Assembly: GCA_965224245.1 (NCBI GenBank)
Contig: OZ245046.1
Span: 1,280,001 to 1,344,000 of the forward strand
DNA length: 64,000 bases
Direction: 5' to 3'
Source: Candidatus Eiseniibacteriota bacterium
GTDB taxonomy: Bacteria; Eisenbacteria; RBG-16-71-46; CAZAMP01
Shown here: positions 47,281-55,799 of the stretch, piece after piece
Position numbering within the stretch: the first letter of the stretch is position 1
Layout of the letters: the number at the start of each line of letters is the position of its first letter
The notes under the pieces: generated by a model
The model's input: the letters and a program-made list of their open reading frames with translations, nothing else
Database searches by the model: none
Told to the model about the DNA's origin: nothing
Translations under genes and position numbers: made by a program

Positions 47281-48249
47281 GTGAGCATGAGCGGCCTTTC
47301 CAGCGTCCGGACCGAGTCGACGTCGAGGACGGGGATGCGGACGAGAGACACCGACTCGACGTCGTGGCGACGCCGCAGGGCGCGGATCGCGCTCGTGCCG
47401 GGCGTGCGGGCGACACTGGCGACCGCGTTCGCGGTGCTCTCCACGATCGGGGCTCCGAAGGCCGCATCCGAGACCGTGCCGGCCGGTGTTTCGAGCGTCG
47501 ACGCCGATGCCCCGCTGGCCACCATTCTCGATGGACGTCTGGCCGCCGGTCGCGAGCGCGCGGTGGCGGCCCAGGAGACACGGTTGGAGGTGTATGCCGA
47601 GGACCTGGCCCGGCGTGCCGCGTCTGACGGGTACATGCAGCCCGTCGGTCGGATCGTCACGCCGAGCGAGATCGGAGGCGGGATCCTCGTGGGGTCGGCC
47701 GTCACGGTGCTCCTTCTGCTGGTCGCGCTCCGCGCCCTCGCGGGGCGCGGGTGGGGGACGAGCATGCCGCGTCGTGAGCGCGACGAGATGATCGCGCTGG
47801 AGGAGCGTGTCCTGGCGGGCCTTCGCGAAATCGAGACTCGGCTGGACCGACTCGTCGAGCGCATGGCCGAGGCGCGCCCGAGCGCGGCTCAGAGCTCACC
47901 GCGCGACGGGATCGTCGCGGACGACGACGGGGACGAGCCGGTACCCGAGGCGGCGCCGGCCGGGTCGCCGAGCGACGGCGGCTATTCCGACCGACTCGGC
48001 ATGCTGACTCTCGACGCGCGCCGCGCCCGGAGGGCGCACGTGATCGAGAACGCACCGGCGGGGCACGGGTCTCCTGGGGACGGCCCCACACCGGGATCGC
48101 GTCGTCGCGGTGGCTCCGAGAGCGACCGCCGCCGGGTGGTGATGTCGATGCTGGAACGTGGCGTGTCGCCGGAGGAGATCGGTCGGCGAACGAGCCTCGG
48201 CCCGGCCGAGGTCCGGTTCATCATGAAGCTGGCCGGCTCGCGCGGATGA
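47281..48249 (+). CDS. Membrane-anchored protein with C-terminal HTH-like motif (SwrB/DUF2802-like)
   Basis: TM (GSAVTVLLLLVAL), coiled coil, disordered linker, MLERGVSPEEIGRRTSLGPAEVRFIMKL; directly after fliA; start uncertain. Confidence 0.6.
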   Translation: MSMSGLSSVRTESTSRTGMRTRDTDSTSWRRRRARIALVPGVRATLATAFAVLSTIGAPKAASETVPAGVSSVDADAPLATILDGRLAAGRERAVAAQETRLEVYAEDLARRAASDGYMQPVGRIVTPSEIGGGILVGSAVTVLLLLVALRALAGRGWGTSMPRRERDEMIALEERVLAGLREIETRLDRLVERMAEARPSAAQSSPRDGIVADDDGDEPVPEAAPAGSPSDGGYSDRLGMLTLDARRARRAHVIENAPAGHGSPGDGPTPGSRRRGGSESDRRRVVMSMLERGVSPEEIGRRTSLGPAEVRFIMKLAGSRG

Positions 48250-48432
48250 CCGCCGACCGGAGCGGGATCCGCGGCCTGCTCCGTCTCCGGCGGGGGCGGC
48301 GGGGCCGCGACAGCGGGTCGGAGTGAACGAGCTCTCGATGGGTGAGTGTGAACGGATACGCGCCTCGGCGCGGTGGTCGCGCGCGAAGGCGCGCGCAGTC
48401 CCACGCGGTCCCCGAGCCGCGAGGAGGGGTTC

Positions 48433-49677
48433 ATGAAGAAGCGGAACGGAAGCGGATCGCGGCGGCTCGTGGAGATGACGGCCAAGTTCCAGGATTCCCA
48501 GCATCAGCTCATCGACACGTTGAGCAAGAAGGGCATGATCGCGGCGACCGAGCTGAAGCGACTCTCCAGCGCGGTCGATCGGGCGGTGTCCCAGAAGCGA
48601 TCGTCGGACGTTCTGGACACGGCGACGTTGCTCCACGAGCGTGTCGTCCAGGCGCTCGACACGTCGATCGACGACGTGCCCGAACAGCGCGAGGCGCGCG
48701 AGATCGAGGTCCTGGGAGCCCTCGTGGCGCTCGTCCAGTCGACCGGTGATCACCGCACGATCTTCGACCGCTCGCTGACGCTGCTCCAGGGCGCCATTCC
48801 GTTCCAGAACGGCACCCTCTTCCTGTACGACCGGACCGAGCAGGAGCTCGAGCCGGTGGCCATCGTCGGACAGCGCGTGGATCTGATCGGAGGCGTTCGC
48901 TTCGAGAAGGGCGCGGGCCTGAGCGGCTGGGTGGCCAAGAAGAAGCAGCCGATCCTGATCTCCGAGCTCGCCCGCCCGCCGCGACCGGACGAGCCCGCGA
49001 TCCGCTCGTTCCTGTCGATGCCGCTGGTGGTCCAGGGCGAGATGATCGGTGTCCTGAACCTCGGACATGCCACGCCGCGGACGTTCGACGAGGTCCATCA
49101 GCGTTTCGTGGGCCTGTTCGGCGCCATCCTCGCCGGGGTTCTCGAGCGTGCGCTGACCGAGCGCGAGCTGCGCCGGCAGACCGTCTGCGACCGGCTCACC
49201 GGGGTCTACGGCCGCCGCCACTTCCAGGAGCGACTCGACGCCGAGATCGAGCGCGCGCGGCGCCACTACCAGCACTTCTCGCTACTGTTCCTGGACGTCG
49301 ACGACCTCGATTCGTTCAACACGCGCTACGGACACCAAGCCGGCGACCGGGTGTTGATCGAGGTCAGCAAGGTGCTCCAGCGCTGGTGCCGGGCGTCGGA
49401 CATCGTGGCCCGGTACGGGGGCGAGGAGTTCGTCGTACTGATGCCACAGACGGACCCCGACGAGGCGGGCATCGCCGCCGAGCGCCTGCGCCGGGCGATC
49501 GAGACACACACGTTCCCGCAGAAGCGCCGCGTGACGGTCTCGGTGGGCGCGGCGGCGTTCCCGGGCGACGCCGACACCGACCTCGATCTCCTCGCCAAGG
49601 CCGAGCAGGCGCTGTTCATGGCCAAGAAGGACGGTCGCAACCGGGCCCTGGCGTTCAGCGCGCTGGCGATGCACTAG
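48433..49677 (+). CDS. GAF-GGDEF diguanylate cyclase
   Basis: GAF (GLSGWVA, SFLSMPL), DRLTG, RASD I-site, RYGGEEF, VTVSVG, AKKDGRNR. Confidence 0.9.
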   Translation: MKKRNGSGSRRLVEMTAKFQDSQHQLIDTLSKKGMIAATELKRLSSAVDRAVSQKRSSDVLDTATLLHERVVQALDTSIDDVPEQREAREIEVLGALVALVQSTGDHRTIFDRSLTLLQGAIPFQNGTLFLYDRTEQELEPVAIVGQRVDLIGGVRFEKGAGLSGWVAKKKQPILISELARPPRPDEPAIRSFLSMPLVVQGEMIGVLNLGHATPRTFDEVHQRFVGLFGAILAGVLERALTERELRRQTVCDRLTGVYGRRHFQERLDAEIERARRHYQHFSLLFLDVDDLDSFNTRYGHQAGDRVLIEVSKVLQRWCRASDIVARYGGEEFVVLMPQTDPDEAGIAAERLRRAIETHTFPQKRRVTVSVGAAAFPGDADTDLDLLAKAEQALFMAKKDGRNRALAFSALAMH

Positions 49678-49701
49678 CGGTACGCCGCTTCGGATACACC
49701 G

Positions 49702-49731
49702 GGCCGGCGCCCGTTCGGGCGGGCGCCGGCC
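49702..49731. repeat. 12-bp-stem inverted repeat between DGC and hybrid kinase
   Basis: GGCCGGCGCCCG-N6-CGGGCGCCGGCC; no U tract. Confidence 0.6.
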
Positions 49732-49815
49732 GACGCGGCCCGTTCATGCGAGGGGTTTCTGGTACTGTCACCCCGAGCGCGATCGAGTGGGCCGGATCGC
49801 ACACGAGGACGGAGC

Positions 49816-51597
49816 GTGGGCCAGATCGACGATACACGATCCCGAGACGACGGACGCCGACCGGACGGGGGCGGCGGCGACCCGAACGATCCCGCGCGCC
49901 GCCTCCTGGTCGTCGACGACGATCCCCACGTGCTGGAGGTCGTCTCCGAGCTCTTTGCCTCCCACGGCTACTCCATCGCCGAGGCCACGAACGCGCGCGA
50001 CGCGATCGCGCTCCTGGACGCCGAGGAGTTCGACGGCGTCGTCACCGACCTCAGCCTCCGTGGCGACAGTGGCCTCGACGTGCTCCGGGCCGCGCGGCGT
50101 CGAGACCCGGACGCGGTCGTCGTGCTCGTGACCGGCTTCGCGTCGGTCAGCACGGCGATCGGCGCGCTCCGGGAAGGCGTGTACGACTACCTCACCAAGC
50201 CGTTCGATCTCTACCAGCTCAGCCAGGTCGTCGAGCGCGGGATCGCCGCGCGCGAGCTGGCGCGCGAGAATCGCCGTCTCGTGTCCGACCTCCGGGCCGC
50301 GAACGCGCGGCTGCGCTCGCAGGAGGAGGTCCTCGAGGCCAAGGTCCGCGAGGCGACCGCGCGCCTCCGCACGCTGTATGCGGTGGCCCGGGATGCAACC
50401 GGCGAGCTGGACCTGACCGGCGCGCTGGAGCTGATCGTGACCAACGCGGTGCGGCTCGTGCACGCGCAGGTCGGTCTCGTGTTCGTCCCCGACGAGGACT
50501 CCGGCGGCCTGCGCTGTGCGATGGCTCACGGTCTCGGCGGGGAGGCGCACGCGGTCACGGCGGCACCGGTGACCGGTGGTCCGCTGTACGTGGCGCTCCA
50601 GGAGCGACGGGCGTTCCACTGGCGACCGGCCGGCGGCGATGGCGTGAGTCCCCACGAGCGGATGCTGTCGCAGGCGCTCGATCGGGACGCGCTCGTGGCC
50701 CCGCTGGAGTTCAAGGGAGAGGTCGTGGGGCTCCTGGTCATCGGCGACCCGTTCGACGATCGGTTCGACGACGATGCGATGGAGCTCCTGACGCTGTTCG
50801 CGCTGCAGGCGGCGAACGCGCTGGGCAACGCGCGCCAGCACGAGGCGCTCAAGGACGTCGAGCAGCTGAAGTCGGACTTCGTGGCGATGGTCTCGCACGA
50901 GCTCCGGACGCCGCTGACGGCGGTCAAGGGGAGCCTGGATCTCCTCGACGCCGAGCTTCACGATCGTGTCGACGACGGGCAGCGCGACCTCCTGCGCATC
51001 TGTGACGCGAACTGCAAGCGTCTCCTGTCGATCGTGAACGACGTCCTCGACTTCAGTCGACTGGAGGCCTCCCGGCTTCCCCTGCAGCTGGCGCCGGTCG
51101 ACGCCTGGCCGCTCATCCATGCCGCGGCCAAGGACATGGAGGCACTGGCGGCGGAGTCCGAGGTGCACATCCGCTGCGACGTGGGCGAGAACCTCCCGCA
51201 GGTCGTGGCGGACGAGATGCGAATCTCGCAGGTGCTCATGAACCTGCTCTCGAACGCGATCAAGTTCTCGCCGGACGGTGGGGAGGTCGTTCTCCGCGCA
51301 CGAGCCGCTCACCCCGACGGGCTCGAGTTCACGGTCGTGGATCACGGGTGTGGGATTCGCGCGGCGGACATCCCGAATCTCTTCCAGCGCTTTCGCCAGC
51401 TCGACGGCGGCGCCGCCCGGCCCGTCGGCGGCACCGGGCTCGGGCTGGTGATCTCGAAGTCGATCGTCGAGGCTCACGGTGGCCGGATCTGGGTGGAGAG
51501 CGAGGAGGGGGTGGGCAGCACCTTCGGCTTCATCTTGCCCGCCGATCCGCTCGACGCGACCGAGACCGACACGCCGCGGCTGGCCAGCCTCTCCTGA
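49816..51597 (+). CDS. Hybrid REC-GAF histidine kinase
   Basis: VVDDD, VTD, YLTKPF; SHELRTPL, NLLSNAIKF, DHGCGI, GGTGLGL. Confidence 0.92.
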   Translation: MGQIDDTRSRDDGRRPDGGGGDPNDPARRLLVVDDDPHVLEVVSELFASHGYSIAEATNARDAIALLDAEEFDGVVTDLSLRGDSGLDVLRAARRRDPDAVVVLVTGFASVSTAIGALREGVYDYLTKPFDLYQLSQVVERGIAARELARENRRLVSDLRAANARLRSQEEVLEAKVREATARLRTLYAVARDATGELDLTGALELIVTNAVRLVHAQVGLVFVPDEDSGGLRCAMAHGLGGEAHAVTAAPVTGGPLYVALQERRAFHWRPAGGDGVSPHERMLSQALDRDALVAPLEFKGEVVGLLVIGDPFDDRFDDDAMELLTLFALQAANALGNARQHEALKDVEQLKSDFVAMVSHELRTPLTAVKGSLDLLDAELHDRVDDGQRDLLRICDANCKRLLSIVNDVLDFSRLEASRLPLQLAPVDAWPLIHAAAKDMEALAAESEVHIRCDVGENLPQVVADEMRISQVLMNLLSNAIKFSPDGGEVVLRARAAHPDGLEFTVVDHGCGIRAADIPNLFQRFRQLDGGAARPVGGTGLGLVISKSIVEAHGGRIWVESEEGVGSTFGFILPADPLDATETDTPRLASLS

Positions 51598-51774
51598 TCC
51601 CGCCGCCGTTCGCCCCCCGTCGCGTCCCCTGCCGGGAGCCGTTTTGACATAAAGATAGGGCTCCGGCGATCGATCCATAGAAAGACGTCGCTCGCGAACG
51701 GAGGTCCCCGTCGGGGCCGTTCGCCGGCGATCCGCGATCGATCGCGGCTCTCGCGAATGCAGGAGGAGTGCCCC

Positions 51775-52920
51775 ATGCAGGTCCCGCTGATCGACGTGTC
51801 GCGCCAGCACCACGTCGTGTCCGACGAGCTGCAGGCTCGTTGGCGTCAGATTCTGTCGTCCGGAGCCTTCGTCGGCGGGCCGTTCGTCAGCGAGTTCGAG
51901 ACCGCGTTCGCGGAGTATCTCGGCCTGGATCACGTCGTCGCCGTGTCGTCGGGAACCACCGCGCTGCACCTCGCGCTCCGCGCCCTGGCGCTGGAGCCGG
52001 ACGACGAGGTGATCCTGCCCACGAACTCGTTCGTGGCCACCGCCGAGGCGGTCGTGCTCGCCGGCGCGACTCCCGTGTTCTGCGACGTGGATCCGGACAC
52101 CGCGCTGATGACGCTCGACACGGTGCGCCCGCACGTCACCGACCGGACGCGCGTGATCGTTCCCGTCCATCTCTTCGGCAACGTCGTGGACATGGACCCG
52201 CTCGTCGCGTTTGCCGCGGCGCGGGGTCTCACGATCATCGAGGACGCCGCCCAGGCTCACGGGGCGGTCTACGAGTCGGCCGGTCGCGAGGGCCGTGCCG
52301 GGACGCTCGGGCACATGGCGTGCTTCAGCTTCTACCCGACGAAGAACCTGGGCACGGTGGGCGAGGGTGGCGCGGTCTCCACCGGAGACCCCCGGCTCGC
52401 CGAGCGCGTGCGGGCGCTTCGCGACCACGGCCAGTTCGAGAAGCACGTCCACCTGTGGGTGGGCGACAACGGGCGGATGCCGGCGCTGCAGGGCGCCGCT
52501 CTGGGCCTGAAGCTGCCGAGTCTGGATCGCGGAAACGCACGGCGGCGCGAGATCGCGACGATCTACCGGGCCGCGCTCTACGATTCGCCGTTCGTCCCGA
52601 TCGCTCAGCCCGCGTGGAGCGAATCGGTCTATCACCTGTTCGTGGTCCGCGTCGCGAAACGGTCGAGGTGTCGCGAGATGTTGACCGAGAACGGTGTGGC
52701 GACGGCCGTGCACTACCCGACACCGATTCATCTTCAGCCGGCATTCGCCCGCTGGAGCGCGGGCGCCAGATCGCTTCCGGCGGCCGAGGCGCTCTCGGCG
52801 GAGATCGTCTCGCTGCCGATGTTTCCCGAGCTGAGCGACGTGGAGCTCGAGCACGTCCTGAGGACGCTGCGCGTGGTCGGTGAGCGCGTAGCGCGGGACG
52901 CGATCTCCGCCGCCGCCTAG
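51775..52920 (+). CDS. DegT/DnrJ/EryC1/StrS PLP-dependent sugar aminotransferase
   Basis: SSGTTAL, PVHLFG, IEDAAQAHG, FSFYPTKNLG, VYHLFV, VHYPTP, SLPMFP. Confidence 0.93.
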   Translation: MQVPLIDVSRQHHVVSDELQARWRQILSSGAFVGGPFVSEFETAFAEYLGLDHVVAVSSGTTALHLALRALALEPDDEVILPTNSFVATAEAVVLAGATPVFCDVDPDTALMTLDTVRPHVTDRTRVIVPVHLFGNVVDMDPLVAFAAARGLTIIEDAAQAHGAVYESAGREGRAGTLGHMACFSFYPTKNLGTVGEGGAVSTGDPRLAERVRALRDHGQFEKHVHLWVGDNGRMPALQGAALGLKLPSLDRGNARRREIATIYRAALYDSPFVPIAQPAWSESVYHLFVVRVAKRSRCREMLTENGVATAVHYPTPIHLQPAFARWSAGARSLPAAEALSAEIVSLPMFPELSDVELEHVLRTLRVVGERVARDAISAAA

Positions 52921-52946
52921 CGTCGCGTTTTCGCGGCGAGGACCTC

Positions 52947-54515
52947 ATGCACGCGCTGCCCTGGATCGACCCGGAGCCCGACTCTCCGTCCCTCGCGCTG
53001 GCACCGTGTCCGGGTGTGCGCGAGCGCGTCTCCGCCCGGCGGCGGCTGTCTCGCGCCGCACTGATCGCCGACGCGGCCGCGATGACCGCGGTGACGGCCG
53101 TAGCCGCGCTGGTCGCGTTGCTGTGGCCGTCGCTTCCGCGCGCGGGTGCGGTCCCGGCCGCTCTCGTCGTCGCGACCGTGTTCGCGGTCAACGCGATCTC
53201 GGATCGATACCGCTGGGTCACGCTCACCGATGCGTCGGATCGGCTCCGGGCGCGTCGCACCGCGGCCGTCGGCATCGGGATCTCGGCACCCCTGGTCGGG
53301 GGCGTTGCGGCCGGGCTGGCGACGCTCGGCGGGCAGGCGCTCGACGCGCTGGTCTGGACCGAGGCGCTTCTCCTGGGTGCGATCCCGGCAGTCGAGTCCG
53401 CGCGAGCGGTGATCGCACGCGTCGTGCTGCCCCCGCTCCGAGACGCGGTCCGCCGCCGCACGTTGCTGGTGTCGGACGCGGTCGGGCCCACGGACGCGGA
53501 CGTTCCCGATCTGATCTGGAACCGTCCCGGAGGCGCCGGATACCCCGCCGATCCCTGGTACGAGGACGTGCTGATCCCGTGCGAGCTCTCGCTCGCGGGG
53601 GCGGCGCGGGTCTCCGGAGCCGGCGCCCTCGCGCTTGCGCCCGAGCACGACGTCGTCACGCACGTCGTGCACGAGGTCGTGCGATCAGGCGCCGATCGCG
53701 TCGTCATCGACGGGCTCGGGGACGCCTCGCGCGAGCTCATGGATCTCGCGGTCGGCGTGGCGGCTCGCGGGATCGACGTCTGGGTGGCGTCGACTCTCTG
53801 CGACGCCCTCCGCGGTCGCGTGACGGGACCCGGTCGCGACGGCGTCCCGCTCCTCCGCGTCCCCGGCGCCGCCGCTCGCGCGCGAGGGGCGCGACTCCGA
53901 CGTCTGCGAGACGTCGTGGGAGCCGCGATGGGTCTCGCGCTGGCCAGTCCCCTCCTGATCGGGCTGAGCGTGCTGATCGGAGTGACCAGCCGGGGGCCGA
54001 TCCTGTTCCGTCAGACCCGGATCGGCCGGGACGGGCGGCCGTTCACGTTCTTCAAGTTCCGCACGATGGTGCACGGCACGCCGCCGGACCGGCACCGTGC
54101 GTACGTCACGGATCTGATGCAGTCCGGCCGTCCCGCCGGCGCCGACCCGAACGGGACGGCCGTGTTCAAGCTGGTCGACGACCCCCGCGTCACCCGCGTC
54201 GGCCGCTTCCTGCGCCGGACCAGCCTCGACGAGCTCCCGCAGCTGCTCAACGTGTTGCGCGGCGACATGAGCCTCGTCGGACCGCGCCCCTGTCTTCCGT
54301 ACGAATGGGAGCTCTACGACCCGTGGCAGCGGGTCCGTCTCCGGGTCACGCCCGGATGTACCGGTCTGTGGCAGGTGACCGGTCGGAGCCGCGTGAGCGT
54401 GGACGGCATGATCGTCCTGGATCTTCACTACATCGCCACCCGCACGTTCTGGCGAGACGCGTCGCTCATCCTGCGAACGGTTCCGGTGATGGTGTGTGGG
54501 CGGGGAGGGCACTAG
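52947..54515 (+). CDS. Polyprenyl glycosylphosphotransferase (priming sugar transferase)
   Basis: N-terminal TMs, [58 protein letters not shown]. Confidence 0.92.
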   Translation: MHALPWIDPEPDSPSLALAPCPGVRERVSARRRLSRAALIADAAAMTAVTAVAALVALLWPSLPRAGAVPAALVVATVFAVNAISDRYRWVTLTDASDRLRARRTAAVGIGISAPLVGGVAAGLATLGGQALDALVWTEALLLGAIPAVESARAVIARVVLPPLRDAVRRRTLLVSDAVGPTDADVPDLIWNRPGGAGYPADPWYEDVLIPCELSLAGAARVSGAGALALAPEHDVVTHVVHEVVRSGADRVVIDGLGDASRELMDLAVGVAARGIDVWVASTLCDALRGRVTGPGRDGVPLLRVPGAAARARGARLRRLRDVVGAAMGLALASPLLIGLSVLIGVTSRGPILFRQTRIGRDGRPFTFFKFRTMVHGTPPDRHRAYVTDLMQSGRPAGADPNGTAVFKLVDDPRVTRVGRFLRRTSLDELPQLLNVLRGDMSLVGPRPCLPYEWELYDPWQRVRLRVTPGCTGLWQVTGRSRVSVDGMIVLDLHYIATRTFWRDASLILRTVPVMVCGRGGH

Positions 54516-54517
54516 GC

Positions 54518-55570
54518 ATGACACGAGCGAACATGAAGGTGGGCGTCGTCGGTTGCGGCTACTGGGGACCGAACCTCGTCCGGAACCTGGTCGCGCACGA
54601 GCGGTGCGACGACGTCGTGTGCTGCGACACGGACGTCTCGCGGCTGAAGCTGGTGAAGAGGCGCTATCCGTCGGTGTCGGTCCTGACCGATGCCGACGCG
54701 ATGCTGGCCGACGAGACCGTGGATGCAGTCATGGTCGCCACGCCGCTCACTCAGCACTACCCGCTGGCCAGGGCGGCGCTGAACGCCGGCAAGCACGTGT
54801 TCGTGGAGAAGCCGTTCACGGGCTCGTCGGTCGACGCGCGGGAGCTCATCGGACTGGCGCGGGCGAGAGGCCGGACGTTGATGGTCGGGCACACGTTCCT
54901 GTACAGCGCGCCGGTGCGCAAGATCAAGGAGCTGATCTCGCGAGGCGAGCTGGGAGACATCCACTACATCGCCATGAGCCGCGTGAACCTGGGACTCCAT
55001 CAGACGGACATAAGCGTGGTCTGGGATCTGGCGCCGCACGACTTCTCCATGCTCCTCTACTGGCTCGACGAGCTGCCGATCGAGGTGACGGCCATGGGAC
55101 AGGCCTACGTCCAGTCCGGCATTCCCGACGTGGCGTTCATCAATCTCCGATACCCGTCGGGCACCATCTGCAACGTGAACGTCTCGTGGCTGAGCCCCTC
55201 GAAGATCCGGCAGACCACGATCGTGGGGTCGCGCAAGATGCTGATCTACGACGACACGAGCACCAGTGAGCGGGTGAAGATCTTCGACAAGGGCGTCGAC
55301 TATCGCGACCCGGCGACTTTCGGCGAGTTCCAGCTCTCCTATCGCACCGGCGACGTCGTCTCACCCCGGCTCGAGACCGCCGAGCCCCTCTCGGTGGAGA
55401 TCGGCGAGTTTCTCAGGGCGATCGAGACCGGCCGGCCGCCGCTCACCGACGGGGCGAACGGGCTGGCGGTGGTGGAGATGCTGGAGAGCGCCGAGCGCTC
55501 GCTCGTCGAGGCGAGCCGCGGCCGAACCGCCCGGATTCCGGACCGGGAGCTGGCGCCGTCGCTCGAGTGA
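54518..55570 (+). CDS. Gfo/Idh/MocA NAD-dependent oxidoreductase (nucleotide-sugar dehydrogenase-like)
   Basis: GVVGCGYWGPN, HVFVEKP, MVGHTF, WDLAPHD, SWLSPSK. Confidence 0.9.
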   Translation: MTRANMKVGVVGCGYWGPNLVRNLVAHERCDDVVCCDTDVSRLKLVKRRYPSVSVLTDADAMLADETVDAVMVATPLTQHYPLARAALNAGKHVFVEKPFTGSSVDARELIGLARARGRTLMVGHTFLYSAPVRKIKELISRGELGDIHYIAMSRVNLGLHQTDISVVWDLAPHDFSMLLYWLDELPIEVTAMGQAYVQSGIPDVAFINLRYPSGTICNVNVSWLSPSKIRQTTIVGSRKMLIYDDTSTSERVKIFDKGVDYRDPATFGEFQLSYRTGDVVSPRLETAEPLSVEIGEFLRAIETGRPPLTDGANGLAVVEMLESAERSLVEASRGRTARIPDRELAPSLE

Positions 55571-55638
55571 CGCTGGAGCGTCGTGTGAGGGAGCACGGCG
55601 GGCCCGAGCCGGGCCACGGCTTCCCGTCGGATCGGCGC

Positions 55639-55668
55639 TTGACCCTCAAATCGACGCGCTGCTAGCCT
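55639..55668 (+). promoter_or_regulatory. Sigma70-type promoter upstream of valS
   Basis: TTGACC-N18-TAGCCT with TG extension. Confidence 0.45.
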
Positions 55669-55732
55669 CGTTGCCCTGAGAACGGCTCGCAGCCGGAGCG
55701 GCGCCCGAGCGCCCTTCGACGATCGAGTGTCG

Positions 55733-55758
55733 ACCCGCCGGACTCCGGCGGGTTTTTT
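55733..55758 (+). terminator. Rho-independent terminator 41 bp upstream of valS start
   Basis: ACCCGCCGG-ACT-CCGGCGGGT followed by T run. Confidence 0.8.
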
Positions 55759-55799
55759 CGAATGGGCGCGCGAGACGACGGCTCGCCCGGGGAGGCGCC

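Noticed and set aside
33104-55570. Signalling island as a mobile element or prophage
   Set aside because: No integrase, transposase, phage gene, tRNA target or flanking repeat; composition looks like the rest of the window
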